Both the position numbers and the translations under genes were made by a program. The notes beneath the pieces are model-generated. The model made no database searches. It saw only the letters and a program-made list of their open reading frames with translations, and had not been told where the DNA came from. 39,406 nucleotides of DNA from Actinomycetota bacterium. GTDB taxonomy: Bacteria > Actinomycetota > UBA4738 > HRBIN12. The stretch spans positions 1-39,406 of the forward strand of contig DATHVC010000264.1 in NCBI GenBank assembly GCA_035461565.1. Direction: 5' to 3'. How positions within the stretch are numbered: the first letter of the stretch is position 1; the number at the start of each line of letters is the position of its first letter. Of this stretch, positions 31,973 to 39,406 are shown piece after piece.

Positions 31973-32975
31973 GCGTCGCGAGCGGCACGATGGCCTCGGC
32001 CTCGGCCCGGATCACGTCGGCGTCGCGCAACCGGGCGAGCCACGCGGCGGGGAGGCCGCCGACCCCGTCCCGAGCGCCGAGGAGCGCGCCGGCGACCGCG
32101 GCGTTCGTGTCGGTGTCGCCGCCGAGCGCGACCACGCGACGCAGCTCGGTCTCGGCATCGCCGCCGCGAACGAGCGCCTGGAACGCGACCCCCGCGGTGA
32201 ACAGGCAGAACCCCTGATCGGGCCCGTCGATGGGCCTGGAGCCGCCCGCGGCGCCGACGAGGAACTCGAGCTCCTCGCCGCCTTCGAGCTCCTGCACGGC
32301 CTCCAGCGCCGCGGCCGCCGAACGTTCCGCGTCGTCGCCGCGGGTCAGCGCGGCCGCCGCGAGCGTGACCGCCAGCACCGCCGTCCGGCACCGGCCGTCG
32401 TGATGCGTGAGCGCCGAGAGCGTCGGGGCGAGCTCGAACAACTCACCCAGGCGGTTGGCGTACGCCAGGCCGAGCGGCGCGCAGTACATCACCGATCCGT
32501 TCCCGGCCGAGACCTCGGGTCCGCGTCGATCCCAAACCTCCCGCGCGACCTCGCTGGCGTCTTCCCCTCGAGCGGCCCGGCGGAGCACCCGGCCGGTGAT
32601 CGCGCCGACGTCCGGCGGATCGGCGGCGAACCACTCGAGGTGGCGCTCGATGAGGTCGTCGGGGTCGAACCTCCCTCGGGCCGCAAGGCTCCGCAGCAGG
32701 TTGCGGGCCATCGCGGTGTCGTCGGTGGTCGACCCCGCCGGCTGGTCGAGCCAGGGGCGTTCGAGCGCCGGGATCGGGTCGGGCACGTTCCGGGCCCGAA
32801 GGAACTCGAACGGCGCCCCCAGCGCGTCCCCGAGGGCGAGCCCCAGGCAGCTCCCGACGACCCGGTCGGCGACGTCCACGGGAGGCGACGTTACCCGGTC
32901 GAGCAGCCCGACATCGGCCGGGCTCCGGGTCGGCCGGTTCGCCGGATTGGTACCCTGGCTGGCCGCAATGGACAA
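31965..32975 (-). CDS. ADP-ribosylglycohydrolase family protein.
   Basis: Motifs seen: GSCLGLALGDALGAPFEF, TDDTAM and GGDTDTNAAVAGALLGARDG. The start is uncertain, either TTG 32975 or GTG 32879. Confidence 0.8.
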   Translation of the reverse strand: MSIAASQGTNPANRPTRSPADVGLLDRVTSPPVDVADRVVGSCLGLALGDALGAPFEFLRARNVPDPIPALERPWLDQPAGSTTDDTAMARNLLRSLAARGRFDPDDLIERHLEWFAADPPDVGAITGRVLRRAARGEDASEVAREVWDRRGPEVSAGNGSVMYCAPLGLAYANRLGELFELAPTLSALTHHDGRCRTAVLAVTLAAAALTRGDDAERSAAAALEAVQELEGGEELEFLVGAAGGSRPIDGPDQGFCLFTAGVAFQALVRGGDAETELRRVVALGGDTDTNAAVAGALLGARDGVGGLPAAWLARLRDADVIRAEAEAIVPLATLS

Positions 32976-33570
32976 GATCGGTCCTCGTCATCGCATGTGT
33001 CGCCGGGTCGGGCAGCCCCTGTGTGGACGCCCCAACTGCCCGGCGGCCAAACGCCCCTATCCGCCGGGCCAGCACGGCCGCGGCCGCAAGCGCATCTCCG
33101 AGTACCAGGTCCGCCTGCTCGAGAAGCAGAAGCTCCGCGCGATCTACGGCGTCGGCGAACGCCAGATGCGTATCTACTACGACCACGCCAGCCGCAAACG
33201 GGGCGTCACAGGCGAGGAGCTCATCCGCCAGCTGGAGACCCGGCTGGACGCCGTCATCCTCCGCCTCGGCTTCGCGCTGACGCAGCGACAGGCCCGGCAG
33301 CTCGTGAGCCACGGCCACGTCCGGGTGAACGGTCGTCGGGTGGACGTTCCGAGCGCCCAGGTTCGTCCGGAAGACACCATCGGACTCTCGGACAAGGCGA
33401 AGAACTTCGTGTTCGTCCGCGAGGCGCTGGAGCTCACGCCGGACCCGCCGCCCTACCTGTACCGGAACAAGGACGAGCTCCAGGGCACGCTCTCGCGTTA
33501 TCCGGAACGCAGCGAGATCCCGCTACCGGTGCCGGTGGACGAGCGGCTGATCATCGAGTTCTACTCCTAA
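32968..33570 (+). CDS. rpsD: 30S ribosomal protein S4.
   Basis: Segments seen: PPGQHGRGRKRISEYQVRLLEKQKLRAIYGVGERQ, LETRLDAVILRLGFA.TQRQARQLVSHGHVRVNGRRVDVPS and a C-terminal IIEFYS. Confidence 0.9.
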   Translation: MDKIGPRHRMCRRVGQPLCGRPNCPAAKRPYPPGQHGRGRKRISEYQVRLLEKQKLRAIYGVGERQMRIYYDHASRKRGVTGEELIRQLETRLDAVILRLGFALTQRQARQLVSHGHVRVNGRRVDVPSAQVRPEDTIGLSDKAKNFVFVREALELTPDPPPYLYRNKDELQGTLSRYPERSEIPLPVPVDERLIIEFYS

Positions 33571-34247
33571 CCGCCCGGCTCCCGTTCGACGCTGCCGAGC
33601 CGATCTCCCGCCGGCGTCCTGCCGCCTGCCGGCACCCCGAGGAAAAGGTTCAGCCCGCCGGCGATCGCCAGCCCCAGGCCGGTCCCGCCCACGACGTCCA
33701 ACGGGTTGTGAGCCCCGAGGTACACGCGCGCGAAGCAGACCAGCACGAGCGCGGACCACGGGAGCGCCTTCCACCAACCCCGCAGATACGGCGAGATGAT
33801 CCCGGCCAGTGCCGCCACGAGCACGGCATGGCCGGACACGAAGGCGAGTCCGCGGACCGGGACCCCGCGGGCGATGGCGTCGGGGGTGGACGTCGCGGGT
33901 CGCTGGCGTTCCACCACGGCCTTCACGGCCCGTTCGAGCACGAGCTTGGCGAGCGTGGCCACGAGCGCGCCGACGCCGAGCCGCGGCCGCTTCATCGCGA
34001 AGGCCCCGACCGCGACCACCGGACCCACCGCCAGGATGCCGAGCAGCTCGACGACCCGCATCGGCCCCTCGAGCCACCCCGGCAGTCCGTTGATCGCGTG
34101 GAAGACCGCCCGCTCCCACCCGTCGACATCACCGTCCGCGGCGATCAGCCCGGAGACCACGAGCACCGCAAGCCCGCCCGAGATCCAGGCGCCGTCGAGC
34201 ACGCGCCGGGCACGGCTCGAGCTCGCGGGGGCGTCCGTGTCGGCCAT
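33567..34247 (-). CDS. PAP2-family (type 2 phosphatidic acid/undecaprenyl-PP-like) phosphatase, membrane protein.
   Basis: The three PAP2 motifs are present: KAVVERQRP, FVSGHA and ARVYLGAHNPLDVVGG. There are multiple TM helices. Confidence 0.8.
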   Translation of the reverse strand: MADTDAPASSSRARRVLDGAWISGGLAVLVVSGLIAADGDVDGWERAVFHAINGLPGWLEGPMRVVELLGILAVGPVVAVGAFAMKRPRLGVGALVATLAKLVLERAVKAVVERQRPATSTPDAIARGVPVRGLAFVSGHAVLVAALAGIISPYLRGWWKALPWSALVLVCFARVYLGAHNPLDVVGGTGLGLAIAGGLNLFLGVPAGGRTPAGDRLGSVEREPGG

Positions 34248-34326
34248 CGCCGAACGATAACGACTCGAGCTGGGTGCCACTTCACCCGACTTGCGGTCGG
34301 GCCCGGCGCGGGGGGATAGTGGGTCC

Positions 34327-35253
34327 ATGACATTCGCCCGCAAGATCTACGGGGTCGCGACGATCCTCTGTCTGAGCCTGGTGGCCCTCGCCGGACCGGC
34401 GTTCGCGCAGGTCGACGACGGACCCGACACCGACGACTGGATCGTCCTCAACGGCCGCCTGGTGGTGCCGGCCGACGAGACCATCCAGTTCGCGGTCATC
34501 TTCAACGGCAACGCGACGGTCGAGGGCACGGTCCGCGAGACGCTGGTCGTGTTCAACGGCCGGACCGAGATCACGGGGACGGTCGAAGAAGACGTCATCG
34601 TATTCAACGGCGACGTCCTGATCCGCTCCGGCGCACGGGTGGGCGGCGACGTCATCAGCCTGGAGGACCCGCAGATCGAAGACGGGGCCACCGTCGAGGG
34701 CAACGTCACCGACCTGACCCGGCGATGGAACGTCTACGACGTCACCTTCGTGGGCCGGGTCGCGTGGTGGCTCGGGTACACGGTTTCCACGCTCGTGCTC
34801 GGCCTGGTCCTGTTGCTGCTCGCCCCCAGGCTCGATCTCGCGGCCATCCGGGTGATGCGCGATCGGGCGGCGGGCGCGATCGGGTTCGGGGTCCTCGCGT
34901 TCGTCTTGATTCCCATCGTCGCCGTGTTGCTGCTCGTCACGATCGTTGGGATCCCGCTCGGGCTGTTCCTCCTCCTCGCGCTGGCGTTGCTGTATTCGAT
35001 CGGCTACGTGGTCGGGACGCTCGCGCTCGCCCGGCTCTTCGTGAAGGAGCCGACCAGCCGCTACGTGGCGTTCCTGGCCGGCTGGGCAGTGCTCCGCGTC
35101 CTCGCCCTGGTCCCGTTCCTCGGGGGACTCGCCTGGACGGTGGCCACGGTGCTCGGCCTCGGCACGTTGTGGGTCGCCGGCCGGACCGGGCCCCGGGAGA
35201 TCCAGGAGACGCCGGCGGCGGCGCCGGTCCCGCCACCGCCCGTCGCGAGCTGA
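34327..35253 (+). CDS. Membrane protein: signal peptide, an extracytoplasmic bactofilin-like beta-helix repeat domain, and a polytopic TM C-terminal half.
   Basis: Signal peptide ending LAGPAFAQ. An 18-20-residue repeat recurs as (V/I)(I/V)FNG: AVIFNGNATVEGTV, LVVFNGRTEITGTV, VIVFNGDVLIRSGARV, then GATVEGNV. Four or five hydrophobic helices follow. Confidence 0.7.
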   Translation: MTFARKIYGVATILCLSLVALAGPAFAQVDDGPDTDDWIVLNGRLVVPADETIQFAVIFNGNATVEGTVRETLVVFNGRTEITGTVEEDVIVFNGDVLIRSGARVGGDVISLEDPQIEDGATVEGNVTDLTRRWNVYDVTFVGRVAWWLGYTVSTLVLGLVLLLLAPRLDLAAIRVMRDRAAGAIGFGVLAFVLIPIVAVLLLVTIVGIPLGLFLLLALALLYSIGYVVGTLALARLFVKEPTSRYVAFLAGWAVLRVLALVPFLGGLAWTVATVLGLGTLWVAGRTGPREIQETPAAAPVPPPPVAS

Positions 35254-35292
35254 CCGAGCGCGACGGCCTCGAGGGCGGATCGCGGAAGCGGG

Positions 35293-35790
35293 TCAATCTC
35301 TCGAGGCGAGCAGTTGGGCCGCGATCTCGTCCGCCCAGCGCTCCACGTCGAGCCAGTCCCGGTGGTCACCGATCGGCGATTTGGCCGCCCGGATGGCCGT
35401 GCGCTCCAGCAATCCGAGCTGCCTCGGATCCAGGGCGCCACGGAAGAGGTGATGATCTCGGGCGCCGAGGGCATCGAGCCGCTGCCGGACCTTGGCCGAG
35501 ACCGCGAGCTCCATCGGGTCGTCCGCCGTGGGTCCGCTGCTGAACAGCCAGGTGGGCACTCGGATCATTGCGTCTGCGTGACGATCGAGGAACGCCACCG
35601 CTTCCTTCAACCACGCGCCGAGATACACGGCGCTGCCGATCACCAGCGCCTCGTACGTGTCGACCCCGTCTTCCTCGCCGACGGGACGCACGTCGGCGTC
35701 GATGCCCCGATCACGGAGCCGAGCACCGATGGCTTCGGCGATCCTCCGCGTGGAACCGTGTTTGCTCGCGTACGCGACGAGCACCGCCAC
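35293..35790 (-). CDS. Flavodoxin-domain protein (HemG-like).
   Basis: Segments seen: VLVAYASKHGSTRRIAEAI, ALVIGSAVYLGAW and WLFSSGP. It lies 10 nt downstream of the hemerythrin gene. Confidence 0.8.
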   Translation of the reverse strand: MAVLVAYASKHGSTRRIAEAIGARLRDRGIDADVRPVGEEDGVDTYEALVIGSAVYLGAWLKEAVAFLDRHADAMIRVPTWLFSSGPTADDPMELAVSAKVRQRLDALGARDHHLFRGALDPRQLGLLERTAIRAAKSPIGDHRDWLDVERWADEIAAQLLASRD

Positions 35791-35800
35791 GCGCCGGCTC

Positions 35801-36304
35801 CTACTCGTAGACGCGGCGCAGATCGGCCGCGGCGGTCTCCATGGCCTCGTACAGCGAGCGGGCCTCCTCCGGATCGAGCTCGCTGCTCAGGATCCGGAAA
35901 CACACGGCCTCCTCGGCCTCGAAGTGCTCGGAGAGCGTCGTACGCAGATCCTGCAGGATCCGGCGGAGGTTTCGTTCGGTCGCCGTCGTGGCCTGCGCGT
36001 GCTCGAGCTCTTCCGTGACGCGCTCGAGCTCGTCGGTGAGCCGAGCGATCTCGCGATGGTCGTGCGTCATCTCCGTGGCCTGCCGGTCGGTGCCGGTGAC
36101 CCGCCGGAGCACGGGAAAAACCGTCCGTCCCTCGCCGACGGCGTGCGGGATGACCCCGTGGGCGAACGTTTCGTGCAGCTCCACGGCCCCGGCGCGCAGC
36201 AGCTCCGCACCGCCCTCGAGCGACCCTTCCGCCCGCTCCACGGCCGCGATCAACGGAACGAACTCCCGGTGCCGCTCGCACAGTGAGTCTTCGTGTTTGG
36301 ACAT
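35801..36304 (-). CDS. Hemerythrin-like domain protein.
   Basis: Spaced His/Glu ligand motifs (HREF, HETFAHGVIPH, HDHREI, SEHFEAEE) in a predicted helical protein of 167 aa. The start is ATG 36304. Confidence 0.7.
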   Translation of the reverse strand: MSKHEDSLCERHREFVPLIAAVERAEGSLEGGAELLRAGAVELHETFAHGVIPHAVGEGRTVFPVLRRVTGTDRQATEMTHDHREIARLTDELERVTEELEHAQATTATERNLRRILQDLRTTLSEHFEAEEAVCFRILSSELDPEEARSLYEAMETAAADLRRVYE

Positions 36305-36449
36305 CGCGCCTCCTCGGCGCCCGTGACCCCTCGACCGTAGGCTCGAGGTGGCCCGCCGAGCATGACCGAGGGTCCCTGGCCGAGGGGGACGGTCGCCGGT
36401 CCGGGCCGTGGTCGAGAGGGTTCGGCCGCACGCGGCCAGGAGCCCGCGA

Positions 36450-36857
36450 TCAACCGCCTGGGGCCAGGGTGTCGCGGAGGCGCCCCAGGAAGTAGATCCA
36501 TCCCCGCCGGTGATCCCCGACGACGTCCGGCGGGATCCCGCGGTGCGTGAGCCGGAGGATCGTCTCCCCTTCGCGTTCCTCGAGCTCGATCTCGACGATG
36601 CTCGACTCCGGCGGAAGGCCCATGAGCGCACCCTCCCACCCGTACCGGAAGACCAGCCGTCTCGGCGGGACGAGCTCGACGAACCGCCCGGCCATCGTCG
36701 CGCCGTTGTCGTGGGTCCACCGGAGGATGCCGCCGGCAGTGGGCTCCACCACGGCGTCCGCCGCGATCCATCGTGTCAACCCGTCCACCGTGGTCAGGTG
36801 GCGATACACGGTCTCCGCCGGCGCGCGGATCGCGACCTCATAGGTCACGAGGTTCAC
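36450..36857 (-). CDS. SRPBCC (AHSA1/START-like) domain protein.
   Basis: Segments seen: YEVAIRAPAETVYRHLTTVDGLTRW, AGRFVELVPPRRLVFRYGW and ETILRLTH. An AGGAGG RBS precedes the GTG start, which overlaps the ArsR stop (GTGA at 36854-36857). Confidence 0.75.
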   Translation of the reverse strand: MNLVTYEVAIRAPAETVYRHLTTVDGLTRWIAADAVVEPTAGGILRWTHDNGATMAGRFVELVPPRRLVFRYGWEGALMGLPPESSIVEIELEEREGETILRLTHRGIPPDVVGDHRRGWIYFLGRLRDTLAPGG

Positions 36858-37156
36858 GACCCGGCCTCCTCTTCGGATACACGGCGCAGATCCTCGAGGG
36901 CCGGCGCCCAGAACGCCTCGAGCTCCGCGCGGAGCTGGGCGAGCCGGTCGCGGTTTGCCCGGTACAGGCGGCGCTGGCCGTCCACTCCCACGTGGACCAG
37001 GCCCGCCTCTCGCAGGATCCGGAGGTGCTGGCTGGCGGCGGGCTGTTTCAGGCCCGTGACCGCGGCCATCTCTCCGGCCGGCACCTCTCGCGCGAGGGCT
37101 GCCCGCAGCATTTCCCGCCGGGCCGGATGGCTGATGGCCTCGAGCACGTCTTGCAC
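36854..37156 (-). CDS. ArsR/SmtB family transcriptional regulator.
   Basis: Segments seen: LEAISHPARREMLRAL and the HTH GEMAAVTGLKQPAASQHLRILREAGLV. Confidence 0.85.
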   Translation of the reverse strand: MQDVLEAISHPARREMLRAALAREVPAGEMAAVTGLKQPAASQHLRILREAGLVHVGVDGQRRLYRANRDRLAQLRAELEAFWAPALEDLRRVSEEEAGS

Positions 37157-37216
37157 GTTGCCATCTTAGCCCGGCCGCATATAAGCTACGAGGCAACTAA
37201 GCGCTTCTGGCGGCCC

Positions 37217-37576
37217 ATGCAGAGGAACCCTGAGGTCGACCGCTGGTTCGACGAGCGGGATCACCCGCTCGACGCGGCGATGCGCCGGGCCCGCGAGATC
37301 ATCCTGGCCGCGGATGAGCGCGTGACGGAGTCGATCAAGTGGAAGACGCCGACCTTCGCCTTCAAGGGCAACATCGTCAGCTTCGCGCCGGCGAAGAACG
37401 CGGTGAGCCTGATGTTCCATCGCGGCGCCGAGATCCCCGGCAACCACCCACGACTCGAAGGCCACAGCAAACTCGTCCGGACGATGCGCTTCGCCGACCT
37501 GAACGAGGTCGAGAAGGGCCTAAAGGACCTCGAGCGGGTGATCCGGGCGTGGTGCAAACTCAAGGGCGCGTCGTGA
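37217..37576 (+). CDS. DUF1801 (YdhG-like) domain protein.
   Basis: Segments seen: DERVTESIKWKTPTFAFKGNIVSF and AVSLMFHRGAEIP. The family assignment is from memory. Confidence 0.65.
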   Translation: MQRNPEVDRWFDERDHPLDAAMRRAREIILAADERVTESIKWKTPTFAFKGNIVSFAPAKNAVSLMFHRGAEIPGNHPRLEGHSKLVRTMRFADLNEVEKGLKDLERVIRAWCKLKGAS

Positions 37577-37609
37577 CGCCGTCCTCGGCGCTCGCTACGC
37601 TCCGGTTCC

Positions 37610-37975
37610 ATGGAGAAGCCCAAGAGCGTGGAGTCGTATCTCGAAGGCCTGAGCGAGCGGGAGCACACGGCCCTCCAGAAGCTCCGCGAGGCCATCGCAT
37701 CCGCGGCCCCCGAAGCCGAGGAGGGCATCACCTACAGCATGCCGGGGTTCCTGCTGGGCGGGAAAGGGTTCGTGGGCTACATGGCGTTCAAGGACCACTA
37801 CAGCTTCTTCCCGATGAGCTCCGAGGTGGTCGAGGCGCATCGCGAGGAGCTCGGGGACCACGTCACCGGGAAAGGCACGATCAGCTTCGCCTACGGCGAA
37901 CGCCTCCCGGTCTCGCTCGTCAAGAAGGTCGTGAAAGCCCGACTCGCGCAGGCCACCGCGAAGCGCGCTCGATAG
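37610..37975 (+). CDS. DUF1801 (YdhG-like) domain protein, second tandem copy.
   Basis: Segments seen: VESYLEGL, ITYSMPGFLLGGKGFVGYMAFKDHYSFFP and GKGTISF. Confidence 0.7.
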   Translation: MEKPKSVESYLEGLSEREHTALQKLREAIASAAPEAEEGITYSMPGFLLGGKGFVGYMAFKDHYSFFPMSSEVVEAHREELGDHVTGKGTISFAYGERLPVSLVKKVVKARLAQATAKRAR

Positions 37976-37982
37976 GCGCCGG

Positions 37983-38525
37983 CTACGACTCCAGCAACTG
38001 GAGCAGCTTGGTGGTCGTGTTCCAGTTGCGGATCGTCATGTTCTTGTAGATGGGGAGCGAGGCGATCCGGTTGAGGCGGCTCTGGACCGCTTTCGCCGAG
38101 AGCCGTCGGAGATACAGGACGCCGGTCGCCGAGTACGCTTCGTCCACGCCCTCCTTCATCGACAGGCTCTTGATGGCCGTCTTCGCGGTGAGCGGCTCCT
38201 TCAGGAAGACGACGTCGTACAGGTAGCGGCCCGGAGCGGAGCCGAAGCCCTCGGGAGCCCGGTCCACGACGGCGCGAAGTTGGGCTCGGCTGCGGACCAC
38301 CACGACGAGCGGGATCTCGAACGTCGACTCGAGCATCGCCTCGATCCGATCCGCCAGCGCGGCGCCGCCCCTTCCCGAGGTGTCGAACAGGACGTTGCCG
38401 CTCTGGATGTACGTGGAGACGTTCTCGAAGCCGTCCCCCTCGAAGGCGGCCTTGAGCGCCGGCATCTTGATGAGGTGCTTTCCACCCACGTTGATCCCGC
38501 GCAGCAGCGCAACGAACCGAGCCAT
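37983..38525 (-). CDS. DUF1697 domain protein.
   Basis: MARFVALLRGINVGGKHLIKMPALKAAFE..., YIQSGNVLF and NWNTTTKLL. The start is ATG 38525, and the longer ORF head is Arg/Pro shadow. Confidence 0.75.
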   Translation of the reverse strand: MARFVALLRGINVGGKHLIKMPALKAAFEGDGFENVSTYIQSGNVLFDTSGRGGAALADRIEAMLESTFEIPLVVVVRSRAQLRAVVDRAPEGFGSAPGRYLYDVVFLKEPLTAKTAIKSLSMKEGVDEAYSATGVLYLRRLSAKAVQSRLNRIASLPIYKNMTIRNWNTTTKLLQLLES

Positions 38526-39301
38526 GCCTCGTGTATAGCAGCCGGACCGGACGATCGGACTAGGCGGGGGCGTCGTGCGTGGGGTCGGGCGTCCAGCGCC
38601 CCTGGAGCCAGCGATCTTCGTACGGCCCCTCGTTGCGGCCTCGGCGGGAACAGGCTCGGCAGCGACCGCGGGACGCGCCGGTGGATCGCGACCGCGGCGT
38701 CGTATAGGAGCAGGACCTGTTCGGCCGGGAGCTCTCGAGCCCACAGGAGGCCCGTGCCGTCGTTGACCTCGAGCGTGACGCCGGGCGGCAGGCCGAGGAG
38801 CGCCTCCATCATCCGCTGCTCGAGGAACGCCACGGCGAAACGTTCGTCCTGCGACTCGACCGTGAACCGCCGGTTGAACTCCTCGAGCTCGAGCTCGACG
38901 TCGGGCAGCCCGAGCACGGACCGCAGCTCGTCGTCGAGGTCCCGCGCCATCACCCGCAGTCGAGGCACCGACGCGCCGAGCGGCACTACGGCGCACGTCA
39001 GCCGGCGTTTCGGCCTGACCGGCCGGTCGGGCGCGGGGTCCTCGTACCAGTAGTCGAACGCCCGGATCTCGGGCCCCCGGGCCCGCTCCCAGACCACGTT
39101 CTCCGTCCCGCTCTTGGCTCGCCCGAACATGGCGAACGGCAGCCACGCCGTGTCCGGGTTCAGGTCCACCGGCGCGAAGTCGAGGCCGGCCCGCTGGCAC
39201 AGGAGCCTGAGCCGGCGCTGCAGAGCGTGCGCTCGCCGCCACCGCCACCAGCCGACCACGAGCGCGACCAGGCCAAGGACGAACCCGACGAAGGCGTTCA
39301 T
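38201..39301 (-). CDS. Hypothetical N-terminally membrane-anchored protein. The uninterrupted ORF runs 325 bp into the DUF1697 gene, so it is probably frameshifted. The likely true end is at 38560.
   Basis: The first 215-220 codons are protein-like (TM helix MNAFVGFVLGLVALVVGWW, FDYWYEDP, EEFNRRFTVESQDERFAVAFLEQRMMEAL). After about 38650 the frame turns into Arg/Ser/Pro shadow. The neighbouring frame reads NEGPYEDRWLQGRWTPDPTHDAPA-stop. Confidence 0.55.
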   Translation of the reverse strand: MNAFVGFVLGLVALVVGWWRWRRAHALQRRLRLLCQRAGLDFAPVDLNPDTAWLPFAMFGRAKSGTENVVWERARGPEIRAFDYWYEDPAPDRPVRPKRRLTCAVVPLGASVPRLRVMARDLDDELRSVLGLPDVELELEEFNRRFTVESQDERFAVAFLEQRMMEALLGLPPGVTLEVNDGTGLLWARELPAEQVLLLYDAAVAIHRRVPRSLPSLFPPRPQRGAVRRSLAPGALDARPHARRPRLVRSSGPAAIHEAWLGSLRCCAGSTWVESTSSRCRRSRPPSRGTASRTSPRTSRAATSCSTPREGAAPRWRIGSRRCSSRRSRSRSSWWSAAEPNFAPSWTGLPRASAPLRAATCTTSSS

Positions 39302-39406
39302 GAGCGGAGCCCTCGCGGCCTCATTGTGGAGAGGTCGGGGTGGCCTGAATCGCGAAAGGCAGCGTCAGCCGGTGACGGACTCGGCGACGGGCAGGGGCGA
39401 GGGGCC

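Noticed and set aside
3904-34319. Many very long ORFs lie antisense or out of frame to the called genes. Examples: 3904-5154(-), 5154-6281(-), 6982-8673(+), 7115-8650(-), 8681-9760(-), 9805-11166(-), 13487-15874(+), 17835-19979(+), 20642-22048(-), 23267-24634(+), 24808-27105(-), 27249-29369(-), 29888-31906(-), 32400-34319(+).
   Set aside because: They are shadow ORFs typical of 70% GC DNA. Their translations are dominated by Arg/Pro/Gly/Ala with no family motifs, and each is fully covered by an ORF with clear domain signatures in another frame.
37157-37216. Inverted-repeat operator for the ArsR regulator in the divergent spacer.
   Set aside because: I found only 5-mer matches (CTTAG ... CTAAG, TTGCC ... 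GGCAA), and they are not arranged as a true inverted repeat. The AT-richness is noted, but no defined operator can be supported.
39365-39406. Possible 3' end of another minus-strand gene at the window edge (...GPSPLPVAESVTG-stop, TGA at 39365-39367).
   Set aside because: Only 13 codons are visible and no motif is present, so it cannot be distinguished from a chance open frame.
1-39406. CRISPR arrays, insertion sequences, prophage genes, toxin-antitoxin pairs or recognisable defence systems.
   Set aside because: I saw no regularly spaced repeats longer than the 30-bp element at 7277-7306, no transposase, integrase or Cas-like translations in any frame, and no unexplained spacer longer than about 145 bp. 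The RHH protein has no adjacent toxin-sized partner.

Overview
This is a high-GC (about 70%), gene-dense chromosomal window that looks actinobacterial. I support 44 protein-coding genes, one tRNA-Pro(CGG) and one decayed ABC-transporter gene remnant. I found no CRISPR array, transposase, integrase or phage genes. All calls come from reading the six-frame translations for family motifs, and no searches were run.

Gene content along the window:
- **1-4147:** the 3' part of a helicase-nuclease gene, then a cyclic-nucleotide block. The block holds a stand-alone cNMP-binding protein coupled to a 120-aa unknown, a divergent Crp/Fnr regulator, and an MBL hydrolase coupled to a NUDIX hydrolase.
- **4261-11922:** a MidA/NDUFAF7-type methyltransferase, a six-Asp-box BNR lipoprotein, an RHH protein, a stand-alone NuoD paralog and selA-selB.
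- **11928-18072:** ridA, whiB, NfeD, a class A PBP with PASTA domains, YqeY and a metallophosphoesterase. As far as I recall, this order is a conserved actinobacterial core.
- **18066-24484:** a secreted lysyl-oxidase-like protein, a GT4 glycosyltransferase, tRNA-Pro, an NlpC/P60 endopeptidase, an ECF sigma/ZAS anti-sigma pair and a Grx-like::TrxR fusion.
- **24601-31972:** pgi, gnd, the decayed transporter remnant, glgP and malQ.
- **31965-39301:** an ADP-ribosylglycohydrolase, rpsD, a PAP2 phosphatase, a beta-helix membrane protein, and a cluster of small stress or unknown-function genes.

Leads I rank highest:
1. A MidA/NDUFAF7-family methyltransferase sits about 2 kb from a stand-alone, atypical NuoD paralog. 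Its eukaryotic homolog methylates the NuoD homolog NDUFS2. In the paralog the quinone-site Tyr appears replaced by Trp.
2. A bacterial lysyl-oxidase-like copper amine oxidase.
3. A triple palindromic AT-rich operator-like repeat in front of the RHH gene.
4. An N-terminal glutaredoxin-like::thioredoxin reductase fusion beside a ZAS anti-sigma pair.
5. Three gene-structure anomalies: malQ has no canonical start, the SBP gene is decayed, and the last gene appears frameshifted.

I do not see a clear-cut novel defence or mobile system.
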